Below, piece by piece: positions 55,041-64,000 of a DNA stretch of 64,000 nt; within the stretch, counting starts at the first letter, position 1, and each line of letters begins with the position of its first letter. This DNA is from Naegleria gruberi (taxonomy: Eukaryota), in NCBI GenBank assembly GCA_000004985.1, contig GG738889.1. One strand, given 5' to 3'. The notes under the pieces are model-generated. The model searched no databases, was not told where the DNA came from, and saw only the letters and a list, made by a program, of their open reading frames with translations. The translations under genes and the position numbers were made by a program.

Positions 55041-56478
55041 ATGGGTGATATGAAAGATTTACTGAATGAAATGCAATCAACGGAAGGAATAAATAGACAA
55101 AAACAATTGGAGGAAAAGAAGGAATGCTTGGAGGATATTCAAGATGTCAGTAAGAGAGTTTTTGCCTTGAAAAGAATGACTCAGGAAAATAAATTAATAA
55201 ATGAGAATCTGTCAGAAGATCAGCGACAAGAGGCTCTCAGAAAGATCACATCCACAATGGAAAGGATTGAAAATCAGTGTATAGTATTTAAACAAACTAG
55301 GAGACAAATGTAAGTGGATGATATGAACTGATTTTGGATAGAATTAACAATTATAGTTTACAAACGCTTAATACCGAGGAAAAGATTTTAATGAAAGATA
55401 TAGCTTCGATAGAGGCTCTAATTGATGATCCGAATTGGTTGAAAGAGAAAGAGGAGGCAGAGAGTATTTTTGATAATCCAGAAAAGATGAAAGCTGTCAA
55501 GCAATATTTGGAGAAGAGAGAAAATTACAAAGTTCCACAAGAAGTTATTGACTTTGACGTAAGTTTATTTGCTCATAATTTTCATGTTCATTTCATTAGA
55601 ATTATGTATCTCAACATGGAGGGTTGACTGGAAATTGGGATGTTGAAGATCATTCACTCTTTTTAAAATTGAGGAGCAAGTTTACTGACCCACAATTATT
55701 TATATCGAAATGTGTTGAGGAAATTAAAACGAGAAGTATTATTGAAATACAGGAGCATGAGGAATTCTATCGACAATACGTCATTTTACTCAACCAGAAA
55801 AAGAATGCCATCCAAAAGTGGAAGGATGAAAAAACCAAAAAGAGAGACGAACAAATTGAAATCGAGGAAGAAAACAAGGTTAAACAATTAGAAAGGGAGG
55901 AAGAACAAAGAAAGAAAGATGCCAAACGACAACAAGTCTTGACCAAAATGAAATTAGAAGCTTGGAAGGTAGAAAGAGAGAATATGGAACGAGATCGAAA
56001 ACAGCAAGAAGAACGAGAGAAACTAGAACGAAAGCAAAAAGTCAGTGAAGAGGAAAAGAAGAAAAAGGAAGAAAAGAAAGACCAAATTGAAAAGTACAAA
56101 CAAATCAAGGAAGAAAAACAAAAGCTGAAACAGAAACACCTAGTGGAAGAATTGAGTAGAAAGGTAAGACCTCCATCTGCTGCAGAAGTTGCCAGAGTGA
56201 AGGAAAGAGAGGAACAATATCTCAAGAGAGCACAAGATTGGAAGCTTAAAAAGGAAAAGGAGGCTAAAGAGAAAGAGGAACGTCTTAATAAGCTCAAAGA
56301 AAAAGTTAAGGTAGATGTTGAACAAAATTCAGATCGATTATTCAAACCCACACAAGCACACATTAATAGAGAAGTTGAAATTAGGGAACAAATGGCACAA
56401 CCAAAATCTGATTCAAGGCCTCTAGCAATGGATGTGAGAATGATTTCACATAGAATAGTTCCGACCTGGCGGAAGTAA
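55041..56478 (+). CDS. Glu/Lys-rich coiled-coil protein with SANT/Myb-like motif, about 449 aa; 3 exons; divergently paired with BBS2
   Basis: Exons are 55041..55309, 55357..55558 and 55600..56478. Introns are 55310..55356 (GTAAGT..ttatag, phase 2) and 55559..55599 (GTAAGT..cattag, 41 nt). They join the track ORFs 55041, 55334 and 55624 as ...KQTRRQ|I|LQTLNTEE...VIDFD|NYVSQHGGLTGNWDVEDHSLFLKLRSKF.... The motif is W-x2-ED-H-x2-FL. This is followed by about 250 aa of KEKEE/REE repeats. Confidence 0.55.
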
Positions 56479-56515
56479 TAAATCTAGTTTTAATTAAGGT
56501 ACAAAATTAATTTTT

Positions 56516-57232
56516 TTAAAATTTGGATGATGTATTGGCTGATCCATTAGTATTATCTTCTTGCTCTTCCTTCTTTTCTTGTCTTAAGGCTCTAACATTA
56601 TAATTTTTGTAGCCATTAACTTTGAATCCGTAAACTTTAGGGATGTACACCTCCGTTGGAGGTTTTGGAATTAAAGTATCATATTGAATTAAAAATAGGT
56701 GAGGGAATGTTGTTCCCCAGTAGGCTCCATCAATGCCTCTGTGTCTACTTGATCTAGGGTAATAGATATCATTACATCTAGGACAATAGATTTTAACAGA
56801 AGATTCTCTTATTTTGTCAGATTGTCCAACTGGAAGAGCAGGTTGTCCTTGGCAATTTACACGTGGACATCTTCCAAAATGTACCTGTCGGTATTTTTCT
56901 TCCATTAGTGCCAATCCTCGGTTAGTGAGAATAAATCTGGCATGTATAAGTCCATAGAGAGTATCTGCTGCTGATTCAACTAATTGTTGTTGTTCATCTG
57001 TTAGTTCTTCATCCATTGGAGACTCTAAATCTAGAATCATGTCGAGGGCATAGTCGAAAAAAGGGACTTCATTCTGAAGACCACACAAATTAAAGTCGTC
57101 TTGGATATAATCTTCGTCTACTTCGCAAAAAAACTCATGTCCTTTGAGTGTACAAAACCAACTAATCCAAGAAATTTCTTCTTCCTCTTCTTCGAATTCT
57201 TCGTCTGAGACAGCTGCCCTTCTTTCACTCAT
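56516..57232 (-). CDS. CSNK2B: casein kinase II regulatory subunit beta
   Basis: ATG at 57232..57230. The acidic N-terminus is followed by [64 protein letters not shown] and the zinc finger [18 protein letters not shown]...[18 protein letters not shown]...[11 protein letters not shown]. This is a near-perfect CK2-beta signature. Confidence 0.9.
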   Translation of the reverse strand: MSERRAAVSDEEFEEEEEEISWISWFCTLKGHEFFCEVDEDYIQDDFNLCGLQNEVPFFDYALDMILDLESPMDEELTDEQQQLVESAADTLYGLIHARFILTNRGLALMEEKYRQVHFGRCPRVNCQGQPALPVGQSDKIRESSVKIYCPRCNDIYYPRSSRHRGIDGAYWGTTFPHLFLIQYDTLIPKPPTEVYIPKVYGFKVNGYKNYNVRALRQEKKEEQEDNTNGSANTSSKF

Positions 57233-57243
57233 TATTTATATTT

Positions 57244-57267
57244 ATGATGATGATGATGATGATGATG
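57244..57267. repeat. (ATG)8 / (CAT)8 microsatellite immediately upstream of the CK2-beta start codon
   Basis: atgatgatgatgatgatgatgatg at 57244-57267. It reads as poly-His in a spurious minus ORF. Confidence 0.9.
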
Positions 57268-57553
57268 AATTAGAGAAAAATGAAAGTGGAGGTTAAACGA
57301 AAAACACCCGTGAACGCGAGAAGGTGGTTTTATCGTTGTATGTTTAAAATATTTTTTTTGAGTGTTTTCTGCTTTACAACTCCAGCCAAGGCGGTAAAAA
57401 ATTAATTGCAACAAGATCATTGATACAATTTTATTATCTAAACCATTCTGTTCTGCCGATGTTGTTTTTTGCTACAAATTAACAATATAATTTTTATGAC
57501 CATAAGAAGAAAATATAATGATCTTCTTGATGACCCAGAGTTGAGATTTATTG

Positions 57554-58228
57554 ATGAAACTTCATATGAAACTCTTTGAAAAAATGCTCCGAAAACTTGT
57601 TGATAAATATCATGTAGTTTTGGCTTCTCAATCACCTCGTAGAAAGAAAATTCTGATAGAGAATGGAGGATTAGAATTTGAAAAGGATTTTGTTATCATT
57701 CCATCGACTTTTGATGAAAAATCGTTAGATAAAAGCAAGTTTGAAACACCAAACGATTTTGTGATGGAAAATTCGAGATTGAAGGCTGAACAAGTGTTCA
57801 ACTCTATGAAGGATTCGTTCGATAATTTAATAGTGATTGGAAGTGATAGTATTGTAGTGTATGGAAAGGAAATATTGGAAAAACCAGCAAGTACTGATGA
57901 AGCTCGGAATATGTTGAACATGTTGAGTGGAAATAAGCATAAGGTCATTTCTGGTGTTTCAATCTACATTAAAAACACGAGTAACTGTGCTTCTGAACCG
58001 AAACTTATTTCATTTGCTTCGGAAACTCTTGTTTTGTTTGATACACTCTCAGCAGAGCTCATTGAGGAATATATTGAAACAAAGGAACCAATGGATAAAG
58101 CTGGAGCATATGGTATTCAAGATATGGGATCTGCTTTTGTTTTATCCATTGAAGGAGATTATCATACAGTGATGGGATTACCTTATCAGAAAACATTTGC
58201 TGCCCTCAGACTAGCTCTTCATAAATAA
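57554..58228 (+). CDS. Maf-like nucleoside-triphosphate pyrophosphatase (septum-formation protein Maf / ASMTL N-domain family)
   Basis: The track ORF begins at TTG 57551. The first ATG is at 57554, with another in-frame ATG at about 57584 (MLRKLVDKYHVVLASQSPRRKKIL). Maf motifs are LASQSPRR, IGSDSIVV and AGAYGIQD. Confidence 0.7.
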   Translation: MKLHMKLFEKMLRKLVDKYHVVLASQSPRRKKILIENGGLEFEKDFVIIPSTFDEKSLDKSKFETPNDFVMENSRLKAEQVFNSMKDSFDNLIVIGSDSIVVYGKEILEKPASTDEARNMLNMLSGNKHKVISGVSIYIKNTSNCASEPKLISFASETLVLFDTLSAELIEEYIETKEPMDKAGAYGIQDMGSAFVLSIEGDYHTVMGLPYQKTFAALRLALHK

Positions 58229-58400
58229 TAATAATAAGCAAAATTGATTATTATTAGTTATTGGATTCTTTCACTTTTAATGCAATCACAAAATGAACAA
58301 ATTCTCAGACAAGATCCATAAATTGTCTAAATAGTCTCAAACATTCACAATCCATATCGAATGTAATTAAAGAAGTTCAATTTCAGATGCGAATAAAAAA

Positions 58401-60536
58401 ATGGGAAATCAAACAGCAAGATCGTTCAAGAGTGTTACAAAATCCCAAAAGCAAAAAAATACACAACATAAAATGATCAGTGATACACCAACATCATCGA
58501 CCGAGGAACTCATCACTAATTTTACCAAAATTCCAGTGACTAGACCATCATCGAGTCCGATGAGTGATATGGTCTATAGATGTCATGTTGTAGAACAATT
58601 AAAAGATTTGCTAAATAATGAAAAGGCTTTGATGAAAAGAAATTTGGACTTTGTAGAAAATTTGAAGGATGTAATTCATAGAATTTCCAATACTATAGGA
58701 ATGAGGCAAAATAAGAATGATGTATTCAGATGTGGAGGGCTAAAGATGATTTGTCTATTATTTAATCAACTTGCTTCATATACATTTGATGATTTAACGG
58801 AAGGGTCTGTCAAGCAAAAACCTTGGAAAGAATTGGAAGAGACTATTTCTGATATTTCCTATATTTTGTACAAGATGGCTGAGCATACAAGGGCTAGAGC
58901 TGTTATGATCACAACTGGTGTCATTTATTCAATGTGGACTGTAGCTCAGAGATTTACTAATATTTTGGAGTTGTTTTTCACAGATAAAAGCACCAATACT
59001 ACTGAACGTCCAATTGCCAGATTTTATAGACTTAGATTGGAGGCAAACCAACAAATTGAAAGTGCTATTTATCACATGAATGAAATTATTGAATTATTGA
59101 GCTCTGAACTTTCACTCTCCTCAGATTTGACAGATTTATTTAAGAGTGCCAATAGACACTTGAATAGTGCAACAACTGATGAGGAAGAAGAAGTGGATAG
59201 TTTTGGGTTACAGTCTTGTGATGTATTTTTGGGTTTTGTTGATCTTCCACTTACTGAATGGTCACAAAAAGGTTTTGAAATGTTTTTAGAGAATAATACC
59301 AATCCAAGCCTCAATTTATCACTTTCCGACTTTGATTTGAATTTACACAGTTCAATCATTAATGCTAGAACAAATGAATTTTTAGATAGATTCTTTGTGA
59401 AATGGAATTTTGACAAATCTGAGAACCAAAAAGCTGGATTCTATCTATTGAAAAGAGACCAAGGTATTGGAAAGTTTGTTTTACAAAAGTTTTGCCAGCT
59501 CCTCTACTGTGACTCTCTTATTTTCACACAATCAGATATTCAACATCTGAAGGATGAGTGGAAAAGCGAGGTAGACAAACTTGCAAATGCTGGTGAGGAC
59601 ACCTCTGATATGGAGTTCTCAATTGACCAGACATTTGAAAAGGGTGGCATTAAAATTTTATTAGAATCCTTAAAGAATGCGAGTACAAAAACCAATATTG
59701 AAAGATTATTGAATTTTAAAGAAATAATAGTTCTGAATGCTGACACTTCACTCTTTGACGAGTTTGACGAAAATTTGTTAAAGCAAGAGATGGATTTCTT
59801 TTTCAAGGAAAATCAAGAAAGAGACAATGTTCAATTTTTCCATCACAAGAAGGATCAAATCAAAGAGCATGCTCGTCACACAGGAGGTTTAGAAGAAGAT
59901 TTTACAAATGTTTTTCAATCTATTGCAAGAGGAAAAACTGATGATTTTGATGTGTTGATGAGCACTGAAGGAAATGAGCTGGGTCAAGTCGATACAGAAG
60001 TTATGGGTGACGAGAAGTATGCTCTCCAATCATCATGGCTCATTAGCGCTCAAGAAATGGGAGGTATGGCCTGTCATAGATGTATTCTCTCGGCTAGAAG
60101 TGAGTACATGAGAAAGATTTTCAAATATGAAACTTCTCCAAAGTGCCTTGTCAAATGTGAAGATCTAAAGTGGACCAACGATATGGAACTTTTCAATAAG
60201 GAGGTCAAATCAATCCAAATTCCAAACTTATCTTACAGCACATTGAGTTTGATTCTTAGATTTATTTATTGTGGAGAAAATATTTTGAAGATTGATGCTA
60301 AATCTGAAGGAAGTGATAGTTATCAATTGATTCCTCAAACCTATGTTGAATGTTTGATTGCCTCCGATTTATTCTTACTGTATCCATTGAAGAAGTTTTG
60401 TGAATTGCAAATAATGTCCCAGTTGACTAGTATGGATGAGGTTGATCAAGAATTCGCCATTATGTTGCTCAATATCGCCTTAACTTATAATTGTAGTGAT
60501 GCTTTCAAACAAAAATGTAGTTCCTACATAAAGTAA
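58401..60536 (+). CDS. BTB/POZ-domain protein with helical-repeat N-terminal region and N-myristoylation consensus
   Basis: ATG at 58401. MGNQTARSF fits an MGxxxS/T myristoylation motif. The C-terminal BTB is GGMACHRCILSARSEYMRKIFKYETSPKCLVKCEDLKWTNDMELFNKEVKSIQIPNLSYSTLSLILRFIYCGENI. Confidence 0.6.
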   Translation: MGNQTARSFKSVTKSQKQKNTQHKMISDTPTSSTEELITNFTKIPVTRPSSSPMSDMVYRCHVVEQLKDLLNNEKALMKRNLDFVENLKDVIHRISNTIGMRQNKNDVFRCGGLKMICLLFNQLASYTFDDLTEGSVKQKPWKELEETISDISYILYKMAEHTRARAVMITTGVIYSMWTVAQRFTNILELFFTDKSTNTTERPIARFYRLRLEANQQIESAIYHMNEIIELLSSELSLSSDLTDLFKSANRHLNSATTDEEEEVDSFGLQSCDVFLGFVDLPLTEWSQKGFEMFLENNTNPSLNLSLSDFDLNLHSSIINARTNEFLDRFFVKWNFDKSENQKAGFYLLKRDQGIGKFVLQKFCQLLYCDSLIFTQSDIQHLKDEWKSEVDKLANAGEDTSDMEFSIDQTFEKGGIKILLESLKNASTKTNIERLLNFKEIIVLNADTSLFDEFDENLLKQEMDFFFKENQERDNVQFFHHKKDQIKEHARHTGGLEEDFTNVFQSIARGKTDDFDVLMSTEGNELGQVDTEVMGDEKYALQSSWLISAQEMGGMACHRCILSARSEYMRKIFKYETSPKCLVKCEDLKWTNDMELFNKEVKSIQIPNLSYSTLSLILRFIYCGENILKIDAKSEGSDSYQLIPQTYVECLIASDLFLLYPLKKFCELQIMSQLTSMDEVDQEFAIMLLNIALTYNCSDAFKQKCSSYIK

Positions 60537-60543
60537 AATTATT

Positions 60544-63060
60544 CTATGCCACAATACAACCACCTGTATTATTATTATTTGGTGCCTCAAAACTTGTATT
60601 TGGCATCATAATATTTGGTACTTCTTGGGTACATTTTTTCTTGCACTCAACCATAAGTTCCTTCAATGAGCTTATTGTGGATGGATGAGGTACCATACTC
60701 AAATGAACAATACTTAAATTTGGGCATGCCAAAATAAATTCCAATAACTGATCATAGGTGAAATCTGCTTTAAAATCAACAGCAAAAGGTGCTGAAAATA
60801 TGAGAACATTCATGCTTTTACTACCTTTCAAAGCTTGAAGTATTGGAAAAAGTTTGACATTCTTCTCAAATTTCAAACAAACTTTTTGTAGAGTACTCTT
60901 GGCATTAAGGACCATCTCTGATATCTTTAAAACTTGACTATTGTTTTCAATTTTAGATCCAAGAAGTTTCAAAGAGGTCAAATAACAAGTACATCTACTA
61001 GATAATCCCAATAAAATATCCAAGTTAACATTCTTTTCAATTTCTAATTCTTTCAATTTAATTCCTCTTTCGTTGATAATATCCAACACACTTGGGTCAA
61101 TTATTTCCGCTACGTTAAGGGATAAAGACACTATTGCTGAATTATTTTCGAATAGTCTTACCACTGAATCATCCACAGTTCCATAGACATCCAAATGATG
61201 TAACGAAGATAATCGACATGATCTGCTAATATAGTTCATCATATCAATATAAATATCCTGAATGTTGACAGATTTAGGAAATAGCAGAGTATGTAACTTT
61301 CTCATCTCAACAGGCACGCCTCCATTCATTGAAACATTCAGTGAATTGGATGCAATAGATGAGCCTTTCATAATGACATATTCCAATGTATCACAACTAC
61401 AAATCATCAAGTTAACCAAATTACACACAGGAACATTATTGCAATTTTGAATGGCAATTGTTTTGATAACCAGAGAATGAAATAATTCTTGCTTCATATT
61501 CGGATTTTCAACATTAAGGAAATCGCAGTTTGTCATTCTGAGATAATTCAAACTCTTACAATTCCTCCCTATCAACAATAAAATGTGTGAATCCATCGAA
61601 CCTAGATTTTCAAATGTCAAAATCCTCAACTTGTCAAAGGATTGCGAAAAGATCTCTTTTGGGACTCCAAATCTATTTTTTCTTTTAGGTCTGTAGCCTG
61701 TAGTAACTATCAAATTTGAGAGCTCTGGTGGTGATGACCCCAATTGTAATTCAATAGTAGTATTATTGCAGTTCAACATGGTAGCAATTTCCAAACAATC
61801 CGATGGAGCATGAATTCTTTCAAGTAATCCTCCACTTTGAATTTTAGGAAGAATGTAATAAATCACTGCAGTGAGAGCATCATATTTACATTCCCTGTCC
61901 ATTTCATATTCTGACACTTCAATGTTCTTCATGTTGGGAAATAGGATTGGGAAATCTGAATTGTTTATATTCTCCAATAGTTCTTCTATTAATTCTTGTC
62001 TTTGGGCTGAAATTGCTATTTGTCTTTGGTGAGCCTCACTGGGTCTGTAAATGAGAGTTTCTAATTTTGTCTTACTAAACTTTTCAATTACCTTGTCATA
62101 ATCATCAAACTTGATATTAATATTTACTCCGCCTGTTCCTTCTACTTCATGATATTCGAAATACTTCAAATTTTCAAATGTTTCGAAAATATCAATCACT
62201 GAAAATAATCGAGTTGCTCTTGCTGGAACATTTATCAATGAAATGTGAGATAATTTCTCCCTTAAACTTTTTGGAGCTTCAAGGGGATTAATTTGGGTCG
62301 TATTCTTATTAAATTCCACACTAAATGAAATGTGTATCTTTTCCAAATTTTCCAAATTGTTAACAATTGAATTGATTTCATGTGGCGACGATCCAATATA
62401 TCCAGTCAGGTATAATTCTCTCAGTGATGAGAAACTATTTTTCAAATTTGAATTCATAAAGGCAAGCACATTCAAACAAGGGGAATCACTTTGAGTATAA
62501 TCAACTGTTGCTGGTCCACAATTAAGATATAATCTTACCAAATGGTTCAGTTTTTCAAGAGATGACAGAGATTTCTTCATAGTTTCACTCTTCAAATGAG
62601 AAAAATCAATATTCCACAAATTCAAAGATAGCGCTCTACCCCCGTCTTCAAATCTCGAATCATCTTCAATACTTTCCATCAGATATTTCATCATAATTCC
62701 CATAAGATTTGGTCCAAATTTCTCCAAACACTTTAAACCATCCAATTCTCCAATTGCTTGATATTCACCACTAGCAATTCTAATGAGATATGGAAAATTC
62801 GATCCATCATTAAACAATTCACTTTCAATTTGTTTCTTTTCATTCAACTTGGAAATATAAGAAAAGGAATTGGAAACTGCCAACTGATGAAAGTACCTTC
62901 CGATCATGTAATCATTCATCAGTAAATATCTACCAACCATGGCACAATATTTCTTATTCAATGCCGTAAAACCCCTCATCACATCAAGAATATTTAAATA
63001 TTCAAATATTTCAAATTGAATTTCGATCGGAAGTTGATCAACCACAATCAAATCATTCAT
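60544..63060 (-). CDS. F-box / leucine-rich-repeat protein, 838 aa
   Basis: ATG at 63060..63058. The N-terminal F-box is LPIEIQFEIFEYLNILDVMRGFTALNKKYCAMV. The rest is LRR-like (…LKELEIEKNVNLDILLGLSSRCTCYLTSLKLLGSKIENN…). It converges on the BTB gene, with stops 7 nt apart. Confidence 0.65.
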   Translation of the reverse strand: MNDLIVVDQLPIEIQFEIFEYLNILDVMRGFTALNKKYCAMVGRYLLMNDYMIGRYFHQLAVSNSFSYISKLNEKKQIESELFNDGSNFPYLIRIASGEYQAIGELDGLKCLEKFGPNLMGIMMKYLMESIEDDSRFEDGGRALSLNLWNIDFSHLKSETMKKSLSSLEKLNHLVRLYLNCGPATVDYTQSDSPCLNVLAFMNSNLKNSFSSLRELYLTGYIGSSPHEINSIVNNLENLEKIHISFSVEFNKNTTQINPLEAPKSLREKLSHISLINVPARATRLFSVIDIFETFENLKYFEYHEVEGTGGVNINIKFDDYDKVIEKFSKTKLETLIYRPSEAHQRQIAISAQRQELIEELLENINNSDFPILFPNMKNIEVSEYEMDRECKYDALTAVIYYILPKIQSGGLLERIHAPSDCLEIATMLNCNNTTIELQLGSSPPELSNLIVTTGYRPKRKNRFGVPKEIFSQSFDKLRILTFENLGSMDSHILLLIGRNCKSLNYLRMTNCDFLNVENPNMKQELFHSLVIKTIAIQNCNNVPVCNLVNLMICSCDTLEYVIMKGSSIASNSLNVSMNGGVPVEMRKLHTLLFPKSVNIQDIYIDMMNYISRSCRLSSLHHLDVYGTVDDSVVRLFENNSAIVSLSLNVAEIIDPSVLDIINERGIKLKELEIEKNVNLDILLGLSSRCTCYLTSLKLLGSKIENNSQVLKISEMVLNAKSTLQKVCLKFEKNVKLFPILQALKGSKSMNVLIFSAPFAVDFKADFTYDQLLEFILACPNLSIVHLSMVPHPSTISSLKELMVECKKKCTQEVPNIMMPNTSFEAPNNNNTGGCIVA

Positions 63061-63428
63061 TTTCTAAACCTATCTATATATTCAAAATTCTTCTCTATCC
63101 TCACTTTTTATCTCCATAAAAAAAATTGAGAGATTCCGAATCAAAATTAATTTTCGTTTTTCTATTTTTTTTAAAAATTGTTTTAATTTTCTCTCCCACA
63201 CCAAATTTTATTTATTGTTTTTTTCATGTTGCGAACTTTGACGTCATTACTTACGTGTATAATCATTTTTAATGAAATAATTCATATGTTCATGAATTTT
63301 AGTCCTAATAATTGAACTCTTCTACATTGCAATGTAGCTCTCCAACACTTCCAAACAAGAGTCAACCTTTCATATTCTTCTCAGATCAGTAAATTCTTTT
63401 GGAAATCTAGAAGTAAATTTTGAAAAAA

Positions 63429-63971
63429 ATGGAAGGTTTTTGTTCGCTTCCTGCCGAGATTCAAATTGAAATATTTTCCTTTCTCTCACTCAAGCACTTG
63501 GCAACTATTCTCTCACTCAATAAATCAATTCATCACTTGGCTGATTCTAATACTTCATTTTGGCATGTAGTTTTAAGAAATTATTCAAAATTGATTCATC
63601 CAAAATCCAACACTTTGGAACAACAGATCAATCAAGCACTTTCCGATGTTGATCAAAATGTTTCATCATTAAATATTGAAAAGTATTCGACACTCTTACA
63701 AGAAATGATCAAAACAAAGAAAAGAAATGTGGAAGCTCTCACATGTGAAATAGAGGCAATAACCATGAAAATGAAGCTTTTTGGTGAAAAGATGAAACAA
63801 GTTGAGATGGAATTTACACAATTGTCCATGCATGCAGGTCAGAATGAGCTTTTTGAAGTGAGAATTGAACTTATGAAGGGAATGATGCAAAAAATCAATG
63901 GTGAATATCAAAGAATTGAGCAACAAGCTCAAGAATTGGAAATAGCTTTAGAAAGATTGAATATTGATTGA
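63429..63971 (+). CDS. small F-box protein with C-terminal coiled coil
   Basis: The track ORF starts at TTG 63420. The first ATG is at 63429 (MEGFCSLPAEIQIEIFSFLSLKHLATILSLNKSIHHL), an F-box paralogous to the divergent neighbour 60544-63060. Confidence 0.55.
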   Translation: MEGFCSLPAEIQIEIFSFLSLKHLATILSLNKSIHHLADSNTSFWHVVLRNYSKLIHPKSNTLEQQINQALSDVDQNVSSLNIEKYSTLLQEMIKTKKRNVEALTCEIEAITMKMKLFGEKMKQVEMEFTQLSMHAGQNELFEVRIELMKGMMQKINGEYQRIEQQAQELEIALERLNID

Positions 63972-64000
63972 AAAATAAAGATTTCGAATAAAGATTGTTT

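Noticed and set aside
57232-57420. Minus ORF 57232-57420 encoding HHHHHHHH
   Set aside because: It is the (ATG)8 microsatellite read on the opposite strand, in the CK2-beta 5' region. It is not a gene.
1-64000. Looked for CRISPR arrays, prokaryotic defence or toxin-antitoxin cassettes, transposase/integrase ORFs and LTRs
   Set aside because: None were seen. The window is eukaryotic nuclear DNA with spliceosomal introns, and the only repeats are low-complexity coding repeats, a microsatellite, the A/B element pair and the duplicated receptor fragment.

Overview
This 64 kb window is compact, AT-rich (about 33-35% GC by eye) eukaryotic nuclear DNA, not prokaryotic. I can support about 36 protein-coding genes on both strands (roughly one per 1.8 kb), plus a small ncRNA island (5S rRNA, U2 snRNA) and four scaffold gaps (runs of N). 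I see no CRISPR arrays, transposons or prokaryotic-style operons or defence systems.

Caveats on the annotation:
- The supplied ORF track uses alternative start codons (for example TTG at 38, 10060, 21334), so many leading 'M' residues are not real ATG starts.
- Several genes are split over two or more track ORFs by short spliceosomal introns, which I reconstructed by hand. Most introns are 39-100 nt (outliers 137, 199 and 384 nt). Donors seen are GTAAGT, GTTAGT, GTAGGT and GTATGT, all ending in AG.
- Several convergent gene pairs have stop codons only 1-21 nt apart.
- All coordinates were counted by hand; intron boundaries may be off by 1 nt.

Gene content supported from the sequence:
- Metabolism and organelle: homoaconitase-like aconitase-family enzyme (alpha-aminoadipate lysine pathway), pyruvate dehydrogenase E1 alpha, V-ATPase proteolipid c'', cytochrome P450, SAM-dependent methyltransferase, GFA/CENP-V-like protein, Maf-like NTP pyrophosphatase.
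- Signalling and regulation: CK2 beta, XAP5/FAM50, RhoGEF (DH-PH), two dual-specificity phosphatases (one fused to a rhodanese domain), TRAF-like RING protein, OTU deubiquitinase, F-box/LRR paralogues, BTB-pentapeptide-TLDc protein, BTB protein with N-myristoylation motif.
- Transport, proteolysis and secretion: MFS transporter, S28 Pro-X carboxypeptidase, membrane-anchored subtilase, TMEM53/DUF829, longin R-SNARE, YbaK-like deacylase, TPR protein, a secreted protein with a GPI-anchor-like C-terminus.
- RNA-binding and low complexity: an RRM protein with a GYPPY tail, a secreted Q/GYP-repeat protein, several N/Q/T-rich proteins.
- Cilium: BBS2 (BBSome subunit), which implies a flagellated organism.
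- Receptor-like: a large single-pass receptor with EGF modules and a GAIN/GPS-like domain.

The combination of flagellar BBS2, homoaconitase, short introns and N/Q low complexity suggests an AT-rich flagellated protist (for example a heterolobosean-like amoeboflagellate) or a zoosporic fungus. I cannot confirm the taxon from sequence alone.

The observations I rate highest are:
- the 5S + U2 ncRNA island, flanked by two copies of an unknown ~100-nt element;
- a ~1.1 kb near-identical copy of the receptor 3' half sitting between two gaps inside an unrelated repeat gene, probably mis-scaffolded;
- the GAIN/GPS single-pass receptor itself;
- candidate in-frame mini-introns.
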